Source of the DNA: a bacterium | Lineage (GTDB): Bacteria; Zhuqueibacterota; Zhuqueibacteria; Oceanimicrobiales; Oceanimicrobiaceae | Length of the DNA: 22,695 bases | Direction: 5' to 3' | NCBI GenBank assembly: GCA_046757525.1 | Contig: JBHHYI010000062.1 | Coordinates: 1-22,695 of the forward strand | Shown here: positions 7,235 to 15,688 of the stretch, piece after piece | Layout of the letters: the number at the start of each line of letters is the position of its first letter | Numbering within the stretch: the stretch's first letter is position 1 | Position numbers and translations under genes: made by a program | Notes under the pieces: model-generated | Database searches by the model: none | What the model was told of the DNA's origin: nothing | What the model saw: only the letters and a program-made list of their open reading frames with translations

Positions 7235-8314
7235 ATGCCTATGAACTTTTTGAACAAAAGAATCAGCGTGGCCATTGACCTGGGGCCTTCCGAGGTAAGA
7301 ATCGCCGGATTGTCCCGCCACAAGAACGCGGTGCATTTGCTCTTCTTCGAAATCGTTGATCTGCCGCAGACAGTCTCACTGAGTTCTTTGAGCCAGGTCG
7401 ATGAGGAAATGTACGTTAGCATACTGCGGGGTTTGTCGGTCAAATACCGCCTCCACCGTGCCAATATTTCCGCGACGCTTCCGGCCAAATCTGCTGTGTT
7501 AAGAAACCTGAAACTCGACTTACCCATCGACGAGACCAGGATTCACGAAGAGCTTGAGGAAGATATTCTAAACACGCATTTAGACAGCGCAGAATCTTTG
7601 CAACTTGCTTATCATCGTGTGGACGCTTGCGCATCAGAACAGGCGACGCAGGTACTTGTTTGCGGCACGGCCAGGTCTACTATTGCCAGCTCTTTAAACC
7701 TGTTCAAAAAGTGCGGATTGAGAGTGTCAGCTTTAGAATTGGACGCCACCAGCGGCTACAACGCATTTTACATTCTCCTGGGTAGGACGCTGAAGCAACC
7801 CGTGGCCTTTGTCATGTTTGGTTTTGAGTATTCCATTTGCGCCGTCCTGAATCCGGGTGCGCTACCTTACTTTTACCTCATCGAGCTGGGCGAGCAAGCT
7901 CTGGTCGATCGACTGGCAAGGCGATTGGACCTCACCTATTCTAAGGGTGAGGCTCTGAAGAACCAACTGTGCCGAACCGACGCCGGCCACGCGCGCCCTG
8001 AGCAAAGGTCCAGGTTAGAAGCGTTGGTGCACGAGTTTAGCACCACCGTAGCTGAAAAGATCAAGAGGGGTCTGCGCTATTGCCAGTCCCGTGAAAACAT
8101 TGTGTTTGAGAAGATTTTTCTCACCGGCAGAATGCCTAATCAGAGCTTAATGGAGAAGGTCATCAACGAAAAACTTCAACTCGAGGCTGAGTGTTTCAAT
8201 CCGTTGAGCTTCTTTAGGAAATCCGTCTCAGAAAATAGTACGCCTAACAATGGAAGAAAATCATGCGGTTATTTGCTTTCACCGGTCATCGGGAGTCTCC
8301 TCAGCAGCCAATAG
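7235..8314 (+). CDS. pilM: PilM-like actin-fold alignment protein
   Basis: N-terminal VAIDLGPSEVRIA (PilM/FtsA phosphate motif), KIFLTG and FNPL near the C-terminus; 359 aa; first gene of an MNOPQ-like series. Confidence 0.85.
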   Translation: MPMNFLNKRISVAIDLGPSEVRIAGLSRHKNAVHLLFFEIVDLPQTVSLSSLSQVDEEMYVSILRGLSVKYRLHRANISATLPAKSAVLRNLKLDLPIDETRIHEELEEDILNTHLDSAESLQLAYHRVDACASEQATQVLVCGTARSTIASSLNLFKKCGLRVSALELDATSGYNAFYILLGRTLKQPVAFVMFGFEYSICAVLNPGALPYFYLIELGEQALVDRLARRLDLTYSKGEALKNQLCRTDAGHARPEQRSRLEALVHEFSTTVAEKIKRGLRYCQSRENIVFEKIFLTGRMPNQSLMEKVINEKLQLEAECFNPLSFFRKSVSENSTPNNGRKSCGYLLSPVIGSLLSSQ

Positions 8315-8952
8315 ACGGCGTTATCAAGATCAACTTCCTTGAGGACAAAGTCCAGCTTGACAAACACAATCGCAGGGAGCATTTCTTGTTTCTTACCTAT
8401 TGTGCAACCCTGGTAATTTCTTGCTTTTTTATGATTCTCAATTATCAAAAAATACACATTCTCAAATCCGTGTATTCTGAGGATCGGAAGAGATTAGAAC
8501 AGAAGATAAGAAAGGTAATGCCCCAGTATCAGACCGCACTGGCTTTGAGCAAGAAAAGAAAGGTGCAGCGCGAGAAATTGAGCCATCTTTTTGACGGCGC
8601 CTGGGAGCCGTCTATTTTGTTGGCGACTCTGGAGAATTTGGCTCTCTCGACTCCGAAAAATGTTTGGGTTAAGGAGGTCAGCCTGACCACCATTCGCGCC
8701 CCGGCTTCAAAAAAGAATGAGAAGGTCACCACCAGGCCGGTCAACTCCATGAAAATCCAGGGGAAATTGTTTTTTGCTTTGAAAAACAACAACGGACAAA
8801 TCCAGGAGTTTCAGAAAGCCCTCACCAAATACAGACCATTTTCATTGGCGCAGAGCCGCTTGGATTTGAACAGCATGAGAGTTGGCAAGCTCGGGGACAA
8901 GTACTTTCACGAATTCTCTTTGATATTTCTCTGGACTTCTAAGCTCTTGTAG
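8263..8952 (+). CDS. pilN: PilN-like alignment protein (start uncertain)
   Basis: IKINFL resembles the PilM-binding INLLP motif; single TM helix, coiled coil, and LENLALSTPKNVWVKEVS (PilN-type P..VW). Confidence 0.75.
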   Translation: MRLFAFTGHRESPQQPIDGVIKINFLEDKVQLDKHNRREHFLFLTYCATLVISCFFMILNYQKIHILKSVYSEDRKRLEQKIRKVMPQYQTALALSKKRKVQREKLSHLFDGAWEPSILLATLENLALSTPKNVWVKEVSLTTIRAPASKKNEKVTTRPVNSMKIQGKLFFALKNNNGQIQEFQKALTKYRPFSLAQSRLDLNSMRVGKLGDKYFHEFSLIFLWTSKLL

Positions 8953-8955
8953 CCA

Positions 8956-9531
8956 ATGGTGCGGACAATTATTATGAACTGGAAAAAACACCTACCCAAG
9001 GACCAAAGGTATCTTTGGATTGTGGGCTCTTTTGTGCTGTTCCTTTCTGCCAACCTAATTTTTTGTTTCTATGTTCTGCAACCGGCCAGAACCAACATTG
9101 CAAGGCTGCGCATGGACATAAGCGAAATGACAGAATCGTATGTTGAGTTGCGTTCCATCAACATAATCGGAGTCCTGGCTAACCTGAGAGCACAGACAGA
9201 TTTGCTGCAAGAAAGGCAATCATCTCTGCTTGCGAGTCGTATGTCTGAGAGCGACATCCCCGTGGTGTTGTCGAATTTGCAAAAGCAAGCCATAAGCGCG
9301 GGACTGACTACCAAGGGCCCAACCGTGCATTACGCCACGCTGGATCAGCATGACATCGTGTCCATCGATTTGTCGCTGGTCGGGTCTTTCCAGGAGATTT
9401 TGGATTTTTTGCGTTTTCTCAGAACCTGGAAACAGAAGCTTTTAATCAACGACCTGTCCATGAAGCTTTCAGACCATTCGCCGGGTTGGTTAACGACTCG
9501 AATTAAGCTGGTCGCACTGGTCACAACTTGA
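8956..9531 (+). CDS. pilO: PilO/GspM-like alignment protein
   Basis: TM helix and coiled coil, DIPVVLSNLQKQAISAGL, LSLVGSFQEILDFLRFL (PilO signature G.F..I..F); gene order. Confidence 0.8.
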   Translation: MVRTIIMNWKKHLPKDQRYLWIVGSFVLFLSANLIFCFYVLQPARTNIARLRMDISEMTESYVELRSINIIGVLANLRAQTDLLQERQSSLLASRMSESDIPVVLSNLQKQAISAGLTTKGPTVHYATLDQHDIVSIDLSLVGSFQEILDFLRFLRTWKQKLLINDLSMKLSDHSPGWLTTRIKLVALVTT

Positions 9532-9547
9532 AAATATCCTGAATGCT

Positions 9548-10087
9548 ATGAAAACGACAACAAGAGAAGAATACCTGCTGGGAGTTTTGATCTTAATGCT
9601 TATCGTTTTGTTATTCGTGAACTTGTACGAGTCCATCTCGTTGAGTGACGCGGATATTGAAGCGTCTGGCCAACACCAGGGTCTGGATTGGCAACCCTTG
9701 CAAGATAGATGCCTGAAGCTAATCCATGAAACTGAACAACCGGGGGCTGAAGTCATCTTCGGCACTTTGAAACGACCCGAACACGCTCTGGTCGTACAAA
9801 GAGATCCGTTTAAAAGGCCTTTCGGTGAACCGGCTCGAAACCGGGTAGCAAGAAAGAAATCCTTCTCGAGAAAGCCCAGAAATGTCGCTGCCAGGAACCC
9901 CACTTTGAACGGGATCATTTGGGAGGCCAAAGCTCCCGCGGCGGTGATCAACAACAAGATGGTCAGAGTAGGGGATAGGGTGCATTCCTTCAAGGTGGAG
10001 AGAATCAGCGAGAACAAGGTGGTCTTGACCGCACGCGAAAGGACTCTAATTTTGCAATTACCGGTGAAGAAATTGAGCAGCAAATGA
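9548..10087 (+). CDS. PilP/GspC-HR-like protein, TM-anchored
   Basis: N-terminal TM helix without a lipobox; RDPF motif; LNGIIW..AAVINNKMVRVGD..KVERISENKVVL beta domain; lies directly before the secretin. Confidence 0.7.
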   Translation: MKTTTREEYLLGVLILMLIVLLFVNLYESISLSDADIEASGQHQGLDWQPLQDRCLKLIHETEQPGAEVIFGTLKRPEHALVVQRDPFKRPFGEPARNRVARKKSFSRKPRNVAARNPTLNGIIWEAKAPAAVINNKMVRVGDRVHSFKVERISENKVVLTARERTLILQLPVKKLSSK

Positions 10088-10106
10088 TTTTAAACGCGAG
10101 AAGTCA

Positions 10107-11444
10107 ATGAAAAAATTATTCGTTACCCTCCTCACTTTGTTTTCGTTACTGACCCCGGCTAAAGCAGCTTCTGCGGCTGCAACTTTTTCACCCGGACCAG
10201 AGGAGCTTGCGCAGCAGCAAGGAACCCATAAACCGGAGAAAATCAATCTCAATCTGACCAGCGTGTCTCTGAAAAGTGTAATTCAGATTCTCGCTAACCG
10301 GTTGGGGAAGAATATTCTTTTTGATCCTGACTTCGTAGACAGAACCGTTACCTTGAATCTGAATCAAATCGAACCCCTGGACGCTTTTAAGGCGATCCTG
10401 GAAAGCAACAATCTGGGTTACCGGGAAATGGGGGAACGCCTTTATTTCATCACCAAGGCCAACAAAATCAGTAAGCAGACCATTGTAAGACATATCTACT
10501 GCAAATATGCCGATGCTGAAGAATTGCAGAAAATATTGAGCAAGGTGGTGATATCGGAGTTCGGCACGGTCATGTCGGACAAGAGAACCAACACTTTGAT
10601 CATAAAGGAGAGTCCGGAAGTATTGACCAGAATGTTGGAGCTGATTCGGGCGATCGACCGCCCCATTCAGCAAGTCTACATTCAGGCGGCGATCGTCGAA
10701 ATCTCGTCAATCGACGACCATGAATTTGGGGTCGAATGGCTCTGGAAGAAAGCCAATTACAAGTCTTTGAAAGGCCGGGTGGGAACACGTTTCGATCTCC
10801 GGGGTGACGGTGGTAGCGAATCGTCGGGCGAGGTTCAACTGCCCGCGGGCCAGGGGCTTGGCGTTGGCATCATCAATTCTAACATCGACGTGGTTCTCCA
10901 CGCTTTGAGCGAAAACAACGACTTGAAGTTGCTTTCGCGTCCCAAGATCACCACGTTAGACAACCAGCAGTCCGTAATAGAAGTCGGCGATCAGATCCCG
11001 TTCAAAGTGCTCAACGAATTTGGGGTCACTTCCTTTGAATTCAAAGATGCCACTGTTCGCCTGGCAGTCAAGCCGCACATTATCGACTCTGAGTACATCA
11101 TGTTGGACGTAGCCCCCAAAGCGGATTTTCAAAACGGTGCTACCCCGGATGGCACCCCCATCATCGCCACCCGCAAAGCTTCGACGAAAGTCAAAATCAA
11201 GAACGGACAGACCCTGGTCATCGGGGGCCTGATGCGCAATTCGCTGATCGTGAACCAAAGCAAAGTGCCTCTGTTGGGAAGCATCCCTTTGCTGGGCATG
11301 GCCTTTAGAAGCAAGAAATCCACCAAAGTGAGAACCGAATTGATCGTATTTCTCACGCCGATCATATTGGAAGAGGGAGTTTCTCAGGACATCTTTAGAC
11401 AGGATTTTGGAATCAAGCATAAATTGGAAAAGAAATTCAAATAG
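10107..11444 (+). CDS. pilQ: Outer-membrane secretin, PilQ/GspD family (short form)
   Basis: Signal peptide; N0 and one N3-like domain (DKRTNTLII); QVYIQAAIVE, LLSRPKITTLDNQ, GQTLVIGGL, KVPLLGSIPLLGMAF, ELIVFLTP. Confidence 0.93.
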   Translation: MKKLFVTLLTLFSLLTPAKAASAAATFSPGPEELAQQQGTHKPEKINLNLTSVSLKSVIQILANRLGKNILFDPDFVDRTVTLNLNQIEPLDAFKAILESNNLGYREMGERLYFITKANKISKQTIVRHIYCKYADAEELQKILSKVVISEFGTVMSDKRTNTLIIKESPEVLTRMLELIRAIDRPIQQVYIQAAIVEISSIDDHEFGVEWLWKKANYKSLKGRVGTRFDLRGDGGSESSGEVQLPAGQGLGVGIINSNIDVVLHALSENNDLKLLSRPKITTLDNQQSVIEVGDQIPFKVLNEFGVTSFEFKDATVRLAVKPHIIDSEYIMLDVAPKADFQNGATPDGTPIIATRKASTKVKIKNGQTLVIGGLMRNSLIVNQSKVPLLGSIPLLGMAFRSKKSTKVRTELIVFLTPIILEEGVSQDIFRQDFGIKHKLEKKFK

Positions 11445-11460
11445 AGGGAATCGTATTTTA

Positions 11461-11877
11461 ATGGAAACTCAAACATCCGTTCTCGTCGCCGACGACCATG
11501 AAAACATTCTGCATTTGTTCAAAGACATTTTTAAGAAGACCAATTATCGAATCTTCCTGGCTTCCAACGGCATGGAGGCCCTGGAAACCGCCATCAAGCA
11601 TAAAGTCGACCTGGCTTATCTCGACGTCAAAATGCCAATCATGGATGGGTTAGAAACGTTAGCGCAATGGAAACAAATCCAGCCTGCTACCCAAATCGTC
11701 ATGATATCCGCCTATAATGATGAGAAGCTGGTGCAGAAGGCTATCGAACAGGGGGCGTTTACCTACCTGTTTAAACCGATCAACATCGTGGATATCTACG
11801 CCATAACCTTTCAGTGCTTGAAGAACATCGGTGTTGAGCCGGCTGCCGACACTTTAGATTTCCCTGGTCTTGTTTAG
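11461..11877 (+). CDS. Stand-alone receiver-domain response regulator with a canonical active site
   Basis: VLVADD, YLDVKMP, ISA, FKP. ATG 11461 after AGAGGG is preferred over TTG 11407, which overlaps pilQ. Confidence 0.9.
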   Translation: METQTSVLVADDHENILHLFKDIFKKTNYRIFLASNGMEALETAIKHKVDLAYLDVKMPIMDGLETLAQWKQIQPATQIVMISAYNDEKLVQKAIEQGAFTYLFKPINIVDIYAITFQCLKNIGVEPAADTLDFPGLV

Positions 11878-12070
11878 TGTTTCTGCAACGGCTTTGCAAG
11901 AACTGTCATAGATTTGTTAATTCCCCAAGACGACAGTGTTCCTGCCCTAAGCGTCTGTAAATGTGAACCTTCCCGTACACCTTGATTTCGTTTTTGTGTA
12001 ACAGATTTGTGCCGATGCTACCGTGTCGAGTTTCTCGAATAAGCAAGGCGCGAGAAATAGTACATGGCTC

Positions 12071-12083
12071 TAATCTCTTGAAA
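12071..12083 (-). promoter_or_regulatory. Putative IHF binding site
   Basis: Minus strand TTTCAAGAGATTA, one mismatch to consensus; same orientation and similar distance to -24 (about 61 vs 64 bp) as the site at 1971-1983. Confidence 0.45.
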
Positions 12084-12135
12084 TGACAAGGGTTACCGTG
12101 TGGTGCCCTTGGCCTATTTCAACCGATTTGCGTTT

Positions 12136-12151
12136 TGGCATGGTGGTTGCC
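12136..12151 (+). promoter_or_regulatory. Sigma-54 promoter of the two atypical receiver genes
   Basis: TGGCATG-GTGG-TTGCC with canonical spacing, 50 nt upstream of ATG 12202. Confidence 0.8.
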
Positions 12152-12201
12152 TGAGTATGGAGTAAATTTGCTTGTAACAGAACCATTACCAGAAGAGAAC
12201 C

Positions 12202-12588
12202 ATGGAAACAACCAGCAAGAGAGTTTTGGTGGCGGAGGCCAGCGACGAAATGAGTTGGCTCATTTGTAAGATAATAAGGTCGATCGGGTACGAGACCGTT
12301 AAATTAGGCACGTGTGAAGGCCCTGGTGCTGATGATCCTCTGGAGCACACAGACTACCTGGTCTTTGATTATTTCTGGTTTTGTAACCAGGCCACGGAGG
12401 TGAAGCATCGTGTTGCAAGGATCATCAAAGAGGATCGTGCGCTGCTTTTATCCTCTCTACCCGTTTGGGCAATTCAAAAAGATGTGGATGATTACGGATT
12501 CAAAAATATTCTGGAGAAACCTTTCGACATCAGCGCGCTCATCCAACGAATAGAGGAGGAAGTTCGGGAGTCTCGCGATGCCCATTGA
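12202..12588 (+). CDS. Atypical stand-alone receiver-domain protein
   Basis: VLVAEASD (degenerate acidic pocket), LVFD, LLSS, LEKPFDISAL; 128 aa. Confidence 0.75.
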   Translation: METTSKRVLVAEASDEMSWLICKIIRSIGYETVKLGTCEGPGADDPLEHTDYLVFDYFWFCNQATEVKHRVARIIKEDRALLLSSLPVWAIQKDVDDYGFKNILEKPFDISALIQRIEEEVRESRDAH

Positions 12589-12958
12589 GCAACGAGGGTG
12601 CGACAAGAAAATACTGATCCTCGACGAGGACCCCTACACCCGGAAGTTTTTCCACTCTTTCTTAAGGGAGTTCCCGGCTGTGGTGATGACATTGGGGGAT
12701 GGAGAAGAGGCGGTGAGATTGATGGAAAGAGAACCGTTTGACCTTCTTTTCGTCGATGCTCACCTGCCTCGATTTATTAAGAGAAAAGTGTTTGAGGGGA
12801 TCGTTGCTCAGAAGGGTCGGCCGATAACCGTGCTCATGCTGGGGCTCTGGCAGGAACCGGCGGGCGAGCCGCTGGCCTATGAGATCAATTGTCGCTACCT
12901 TCGCAAGCCCTTTGACTTAGCGCTGCTCAAGCGCATCGTCAACCAGTCGTTGGTGTGA
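12578..12958 (+). CDS. Atypical stand-alone receiver-domain protein
   Basis: ILILDED, DLLFVDAHLP, YLRKPFD; the beta-4 Thr/Ser appears replaced by Leu (VLMLG); overlaps the upstream gene by 11 bp. Confidence 0.8.
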   Translation: MPIEQRGCDKKILILDEDPYTRKFFHSFLREFPAVVMTLGDGEEAVRLMEREPFDLLFVDAHLPRFIKRKVFEGIVAQKGRPITVLMLGLWQEPAGEPLAYEINCRYLRKPFDLALLKRIVNQSLV

Positions 12959-15362
12959 AGCCCTTCCTGTTGATGGGCCGGGGTCGCAGTGGCGTTTGCT
13001 TGACCCCTGCTTTGTTTAACTCGGTTCGCACCGCAGAGGCCAGGGAATTGGGTTTAACCGGCTTGGGAACGAAGGCCCCGGCCCCCAACCGCAGAGCGTC
13101 CTGCACCCGGTTGGACATGGCGTAGCCGGTCAAAATGATGGCTTTTTGATCTGGTCGGAATTCCAGGATTCGTCGGTAAGTTTCGGTACCGTCGATGCCG
13201 TCCATCACCATATCCAGAATCAGCAAATCTTGAGGATGATCTTTAACATGCTTGACGGCCAGTTCGCCGCTTTCCACTCCATCGACGTGGTAGCCTAATC
13301 GTCGTAAAATGACGCTTGCAACCCTTCTTTGCACCGGGTCGTCATCGACAACCAGAATCTTCTCGTTGCCCCCTTTGGACTTTTCCAGTTTTTTCAGGAC
13401 TTCTTTTTCCGCAACTTTGTTGGCCGGGAAGAAGAGGGAGAAGGTTGTGCCCTGTCCCAGGGTGGAGTCAACCGTGATGTAGACGTTATGATCCTCCATG
13501 ATCCCATGAACGACGCTTAAACCGAGACCTGAGCCGCGCATGCGGTCCATTTTTTTGGAGGTAAAAAATGGGTCGAATATCTTGTTCGCTATATGAGGAT
13601 GGATGCCAATCCCTGTGTCCGAGATGTCGAGCCGCACGTACTTGCCGGGTTCCACCGTTTGGTAGCCCTTTAACGGTTTCTCCAGGTAGGTATTCCTGGT
13701 GCGGATGGTCAGGATGCCTTTTCCCCGCATGGCTTCTTTGGCATTGATGATAAGATTGGTCAGCGCCCTGGTAAGCTGGGCCGCCCCACCCTGGACCAAA
13801 TAAAGTTCATTGGCTAATTCTTCCTCTATTCGGATATCCCTGAAAAATGCCTGCGAGGAGACGACCTGATGCACCAGAGCGTTTAAATCGATGGGTTCCA
13901 CGGTGTAATGCCCGCGTCTTCCCAGGGCCAGGAGCTGTTGGTTGATTTCAGAAATTTTGTCGGTGGCAAACTCCATCTCGTCGAGCATTTCCAGGACCTT
14001 TTTGTTCCTGGGTAGGCTTTCACGGATTAAGGGCGGGTAAGCGGCCAGAGGGGAAAGCAGGTTGTTGAAATCGTGGGCGATTTGGCCGGCAACCCGTCCC
14101 GCGGTTTCCAGACGCTGAGCGCGTGCTAAGATTTCCTGCAGATTCTTCGTTTCGGTGATGTCGCGACAAACCACCCGGATCGATTGAAGCTTGCCATCGA
14201 TGTCCTTGAGCAAGGAAAATTCCTCGCTGGCCCACACGATCTCCCCACTCTTGTGCCGCAAACGAACCTCCATGCATTTTGGCGGAGCTCCGGTTTTGTG
14301 CATCTGAGCAATGGCCTTTGTCAGTTTCTCATGATCTTCAGGAACCACAAATTGGCCGAATGGCTTTCCCAGAATCTCTTTGAGCTCAAAGCCCAACTTC
14401 TTGAGTCCGCGCCGGTTAAATCCCTGAACCGTGCCATGTGGGTCTAAGATGACGTAAATGTCGGGAGAATTGTCGAACAGATCCTGATAGCGCATTTCGC
14501 TCTGCCGCTTGGCCTCTTCGGCACGCTTGTAGTCGCTGATATCGGTGGCCACGCCAACCACACCTGTAACACGGCCACGGGCGTCTTTGATCGCAGAATA
14601 CTTATTCTCAAAGGTTACCCCGTTGACTTCCACCACTGAAGTGAAAGATTCCCCTGACAATGCCCGTCGAACATTTTTCAAAATCTCTGGCACATCTTTG
14701 TACACTTCAAAGACCGACTTTCCGGTGACCTCGCCCGGCTTGAGCCCCAGGGACTTCAGAGCCTTTCCTTCCGACAGGGTAAAAATGCCCTGACTGTCCA
14801 GGGCCCACAGGATGATCGGCGCACCGGAGACCACCATGCGCAGTCGTGCCTCACTTTGGCGCAGGGCTTGCTCGGCCCGCTTTCGCTTGGAAATATCGCG
14901 CACGATGCCCGTGACCAACTGTTTGTCCTGGTCGCTAACATACCCAAAGGAGATTTCTAATGGGACATCAGTGCCGTTCTTGTGCAATCCCACGACCTCA
15001 ATGGGGTCGATTGAGCCAGGCTTCCTGTTTGCACTGAGGAACCTTTTCAGGGCCTCTTCATATCGCCGACGGGAAGAGCTGGGAATTAACATGGTAATTT
15101 TCTTGCCTTGCATTTGCGCAGTGGAATATCCAAACAGCTTCTCTGCGGCGCGATTGACCAGCAAGATTTTGCTGTCCTGGTCGATGGTGAAAACGGCATC
15201 CGAGGCGGTTTCCGTCACGAGGCGACAGAGTTTTCCCTGTTCTCTTAACGCCTGCTGAAGCTTACGACGCTTGCGTGCTGATCTTTCCAGTTGCGCGATT
15301 TTTCTCTTTAGAGAATCCAGCTCTTGGATCAAAGCTGCTTTGGTGGGTTGTGCTAAGGGCAT
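12939..15362 (-). CDS. Soluble hybrid histidine kinase (3 PAS-HisKA-HATPase-REC), CckA-like class
   Basis: Three PAS/PAC repeats; H box IAHDFNNLL; N box NLIINAKEAM; DTGIGI, FDPFFTSK, GSGLGL; C-terminal REC (VVDDD, ILDMVM, LTG, KP); AGGAG RBS; no TM helix. Confidence 0.95.
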   Translation of the reverse strand: MPLAQPTKAALIQELDSLKRKIAQLERSARKRRKLQQALREQGKLCRLVTETASDAVFTIDQDSKILLVNRAAEKLFGYSTAQMQGKKITMLIPSSSRRRYEEALKRFLSANRKPGSIDPIEVVGLHKNGTDVPLEISFGYVSDQDKQLVTGIVRDISKRKRAEQALRQSEARLRMVVSGAPIILWALDSQGIFTLSEGKALKSLGLKPGEVTGKSVFEVYKDVPEILKNVRRALSGESFTSVVEVNGVTFENKYSAIKDARGRVTGVVGVATDISDYKRAEEAKRQSEMRYQDLFDNSPDIYVILDPHGTVQGFNRRGLKKLGFELKEILGKPFGQFVVPEDHEKLTKAIAQMHKTGAPPKCMEVRLRHKSGEIVWASEEFSLLKDIDGKLQSIRVVCRDITETKNLQEILARAQRLETAGRVAGQIAHDFNNLLSPLAAYPPLIRESLPRNKKVLEMLDEMEFATDKISEINQQLLALGRRGHYTVEPIDLNALVHQVVSSQAFFRDIRIEEELANELYLVQGGAAQLTRALTNLIINAKEAMRGKGILTIRTRNTYLEKPLKGYQTVEPGKYVRLDISDTGIGIHPHIANKIFDPFFTSKKMDRMRGSGLGLSVVHGIMEDHNVYITVDSTLGQGTTFSLFFPANKVAEKEVLKKLEKSKGGNEKILVVDDDPVQRRVASVILRRLGYHVDGVESGELAVKHVKDHPQDLLILDMVMDGIDGTETYRRILEFRPDQKAIILTGYAMSNRVQDALRLGAGAFVPKPVKPNSLASAVRTELNKAGVKQTPLRPRPINRKGFTPTTG

Positions 15363-15604
15363 GTCGGTCTCCTAAGAATAGAGAGCAGTTTCTCTCGGTT
15401 GTTGTTACCAATGTCCCTAATGCAGATTGAAATTCCCTATTGTTAGGAGGGCCGGTCGGACGAAAAAAGATATGTGTTTTTACTGCGAGACTAATTTCTG
15501 TAATATCAGAAGATTAACGTTCGTAGCTTGATGAAAAATCACACATGCACTGAAGAATGTTACCCATAAAATCGGAAAACTATCTGTTGGCCCTCAGTCA
15601 TATC

Positions 15605-15633
15605 AAAATAAGTAAAAGCGCATTCTAAAGCAA
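15605..15633 (-). promoter_or_regulatory. Putative sigma-70-type promoter of the hybrid kinase
   Basis: Minus strand TTGCTT-N17-TATTTT. Confidence 0.4.
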
Positions 15634-15638
15634 GCAGA

Positions 15639-15675
15639 AAATTGTTAAAGATTGCTCTAAATTGTTAAAAAATTG
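15639..15675. repeat. Helically phased direct repeats
   Basis: AAATTGTTAAA at 15639-15649 and 15659-15669; ATTG recurs at 15641, 15651, 15661 and 15672. Confidence 0.55.
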
Positions 15676-15688
15676 AAACCTTACGCCG

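Noticed and set aside
6338..7336. 332-aa minus-strand ORF
   Set aside because: Antisense shadow of pilX/pilM with no recognisable motifs.
11407..11460. TTG-initiated N-terminal extension of the receiver protein
   Set aside because: Overlaps pilQ; ATG 11461 gives a normal receiver start.
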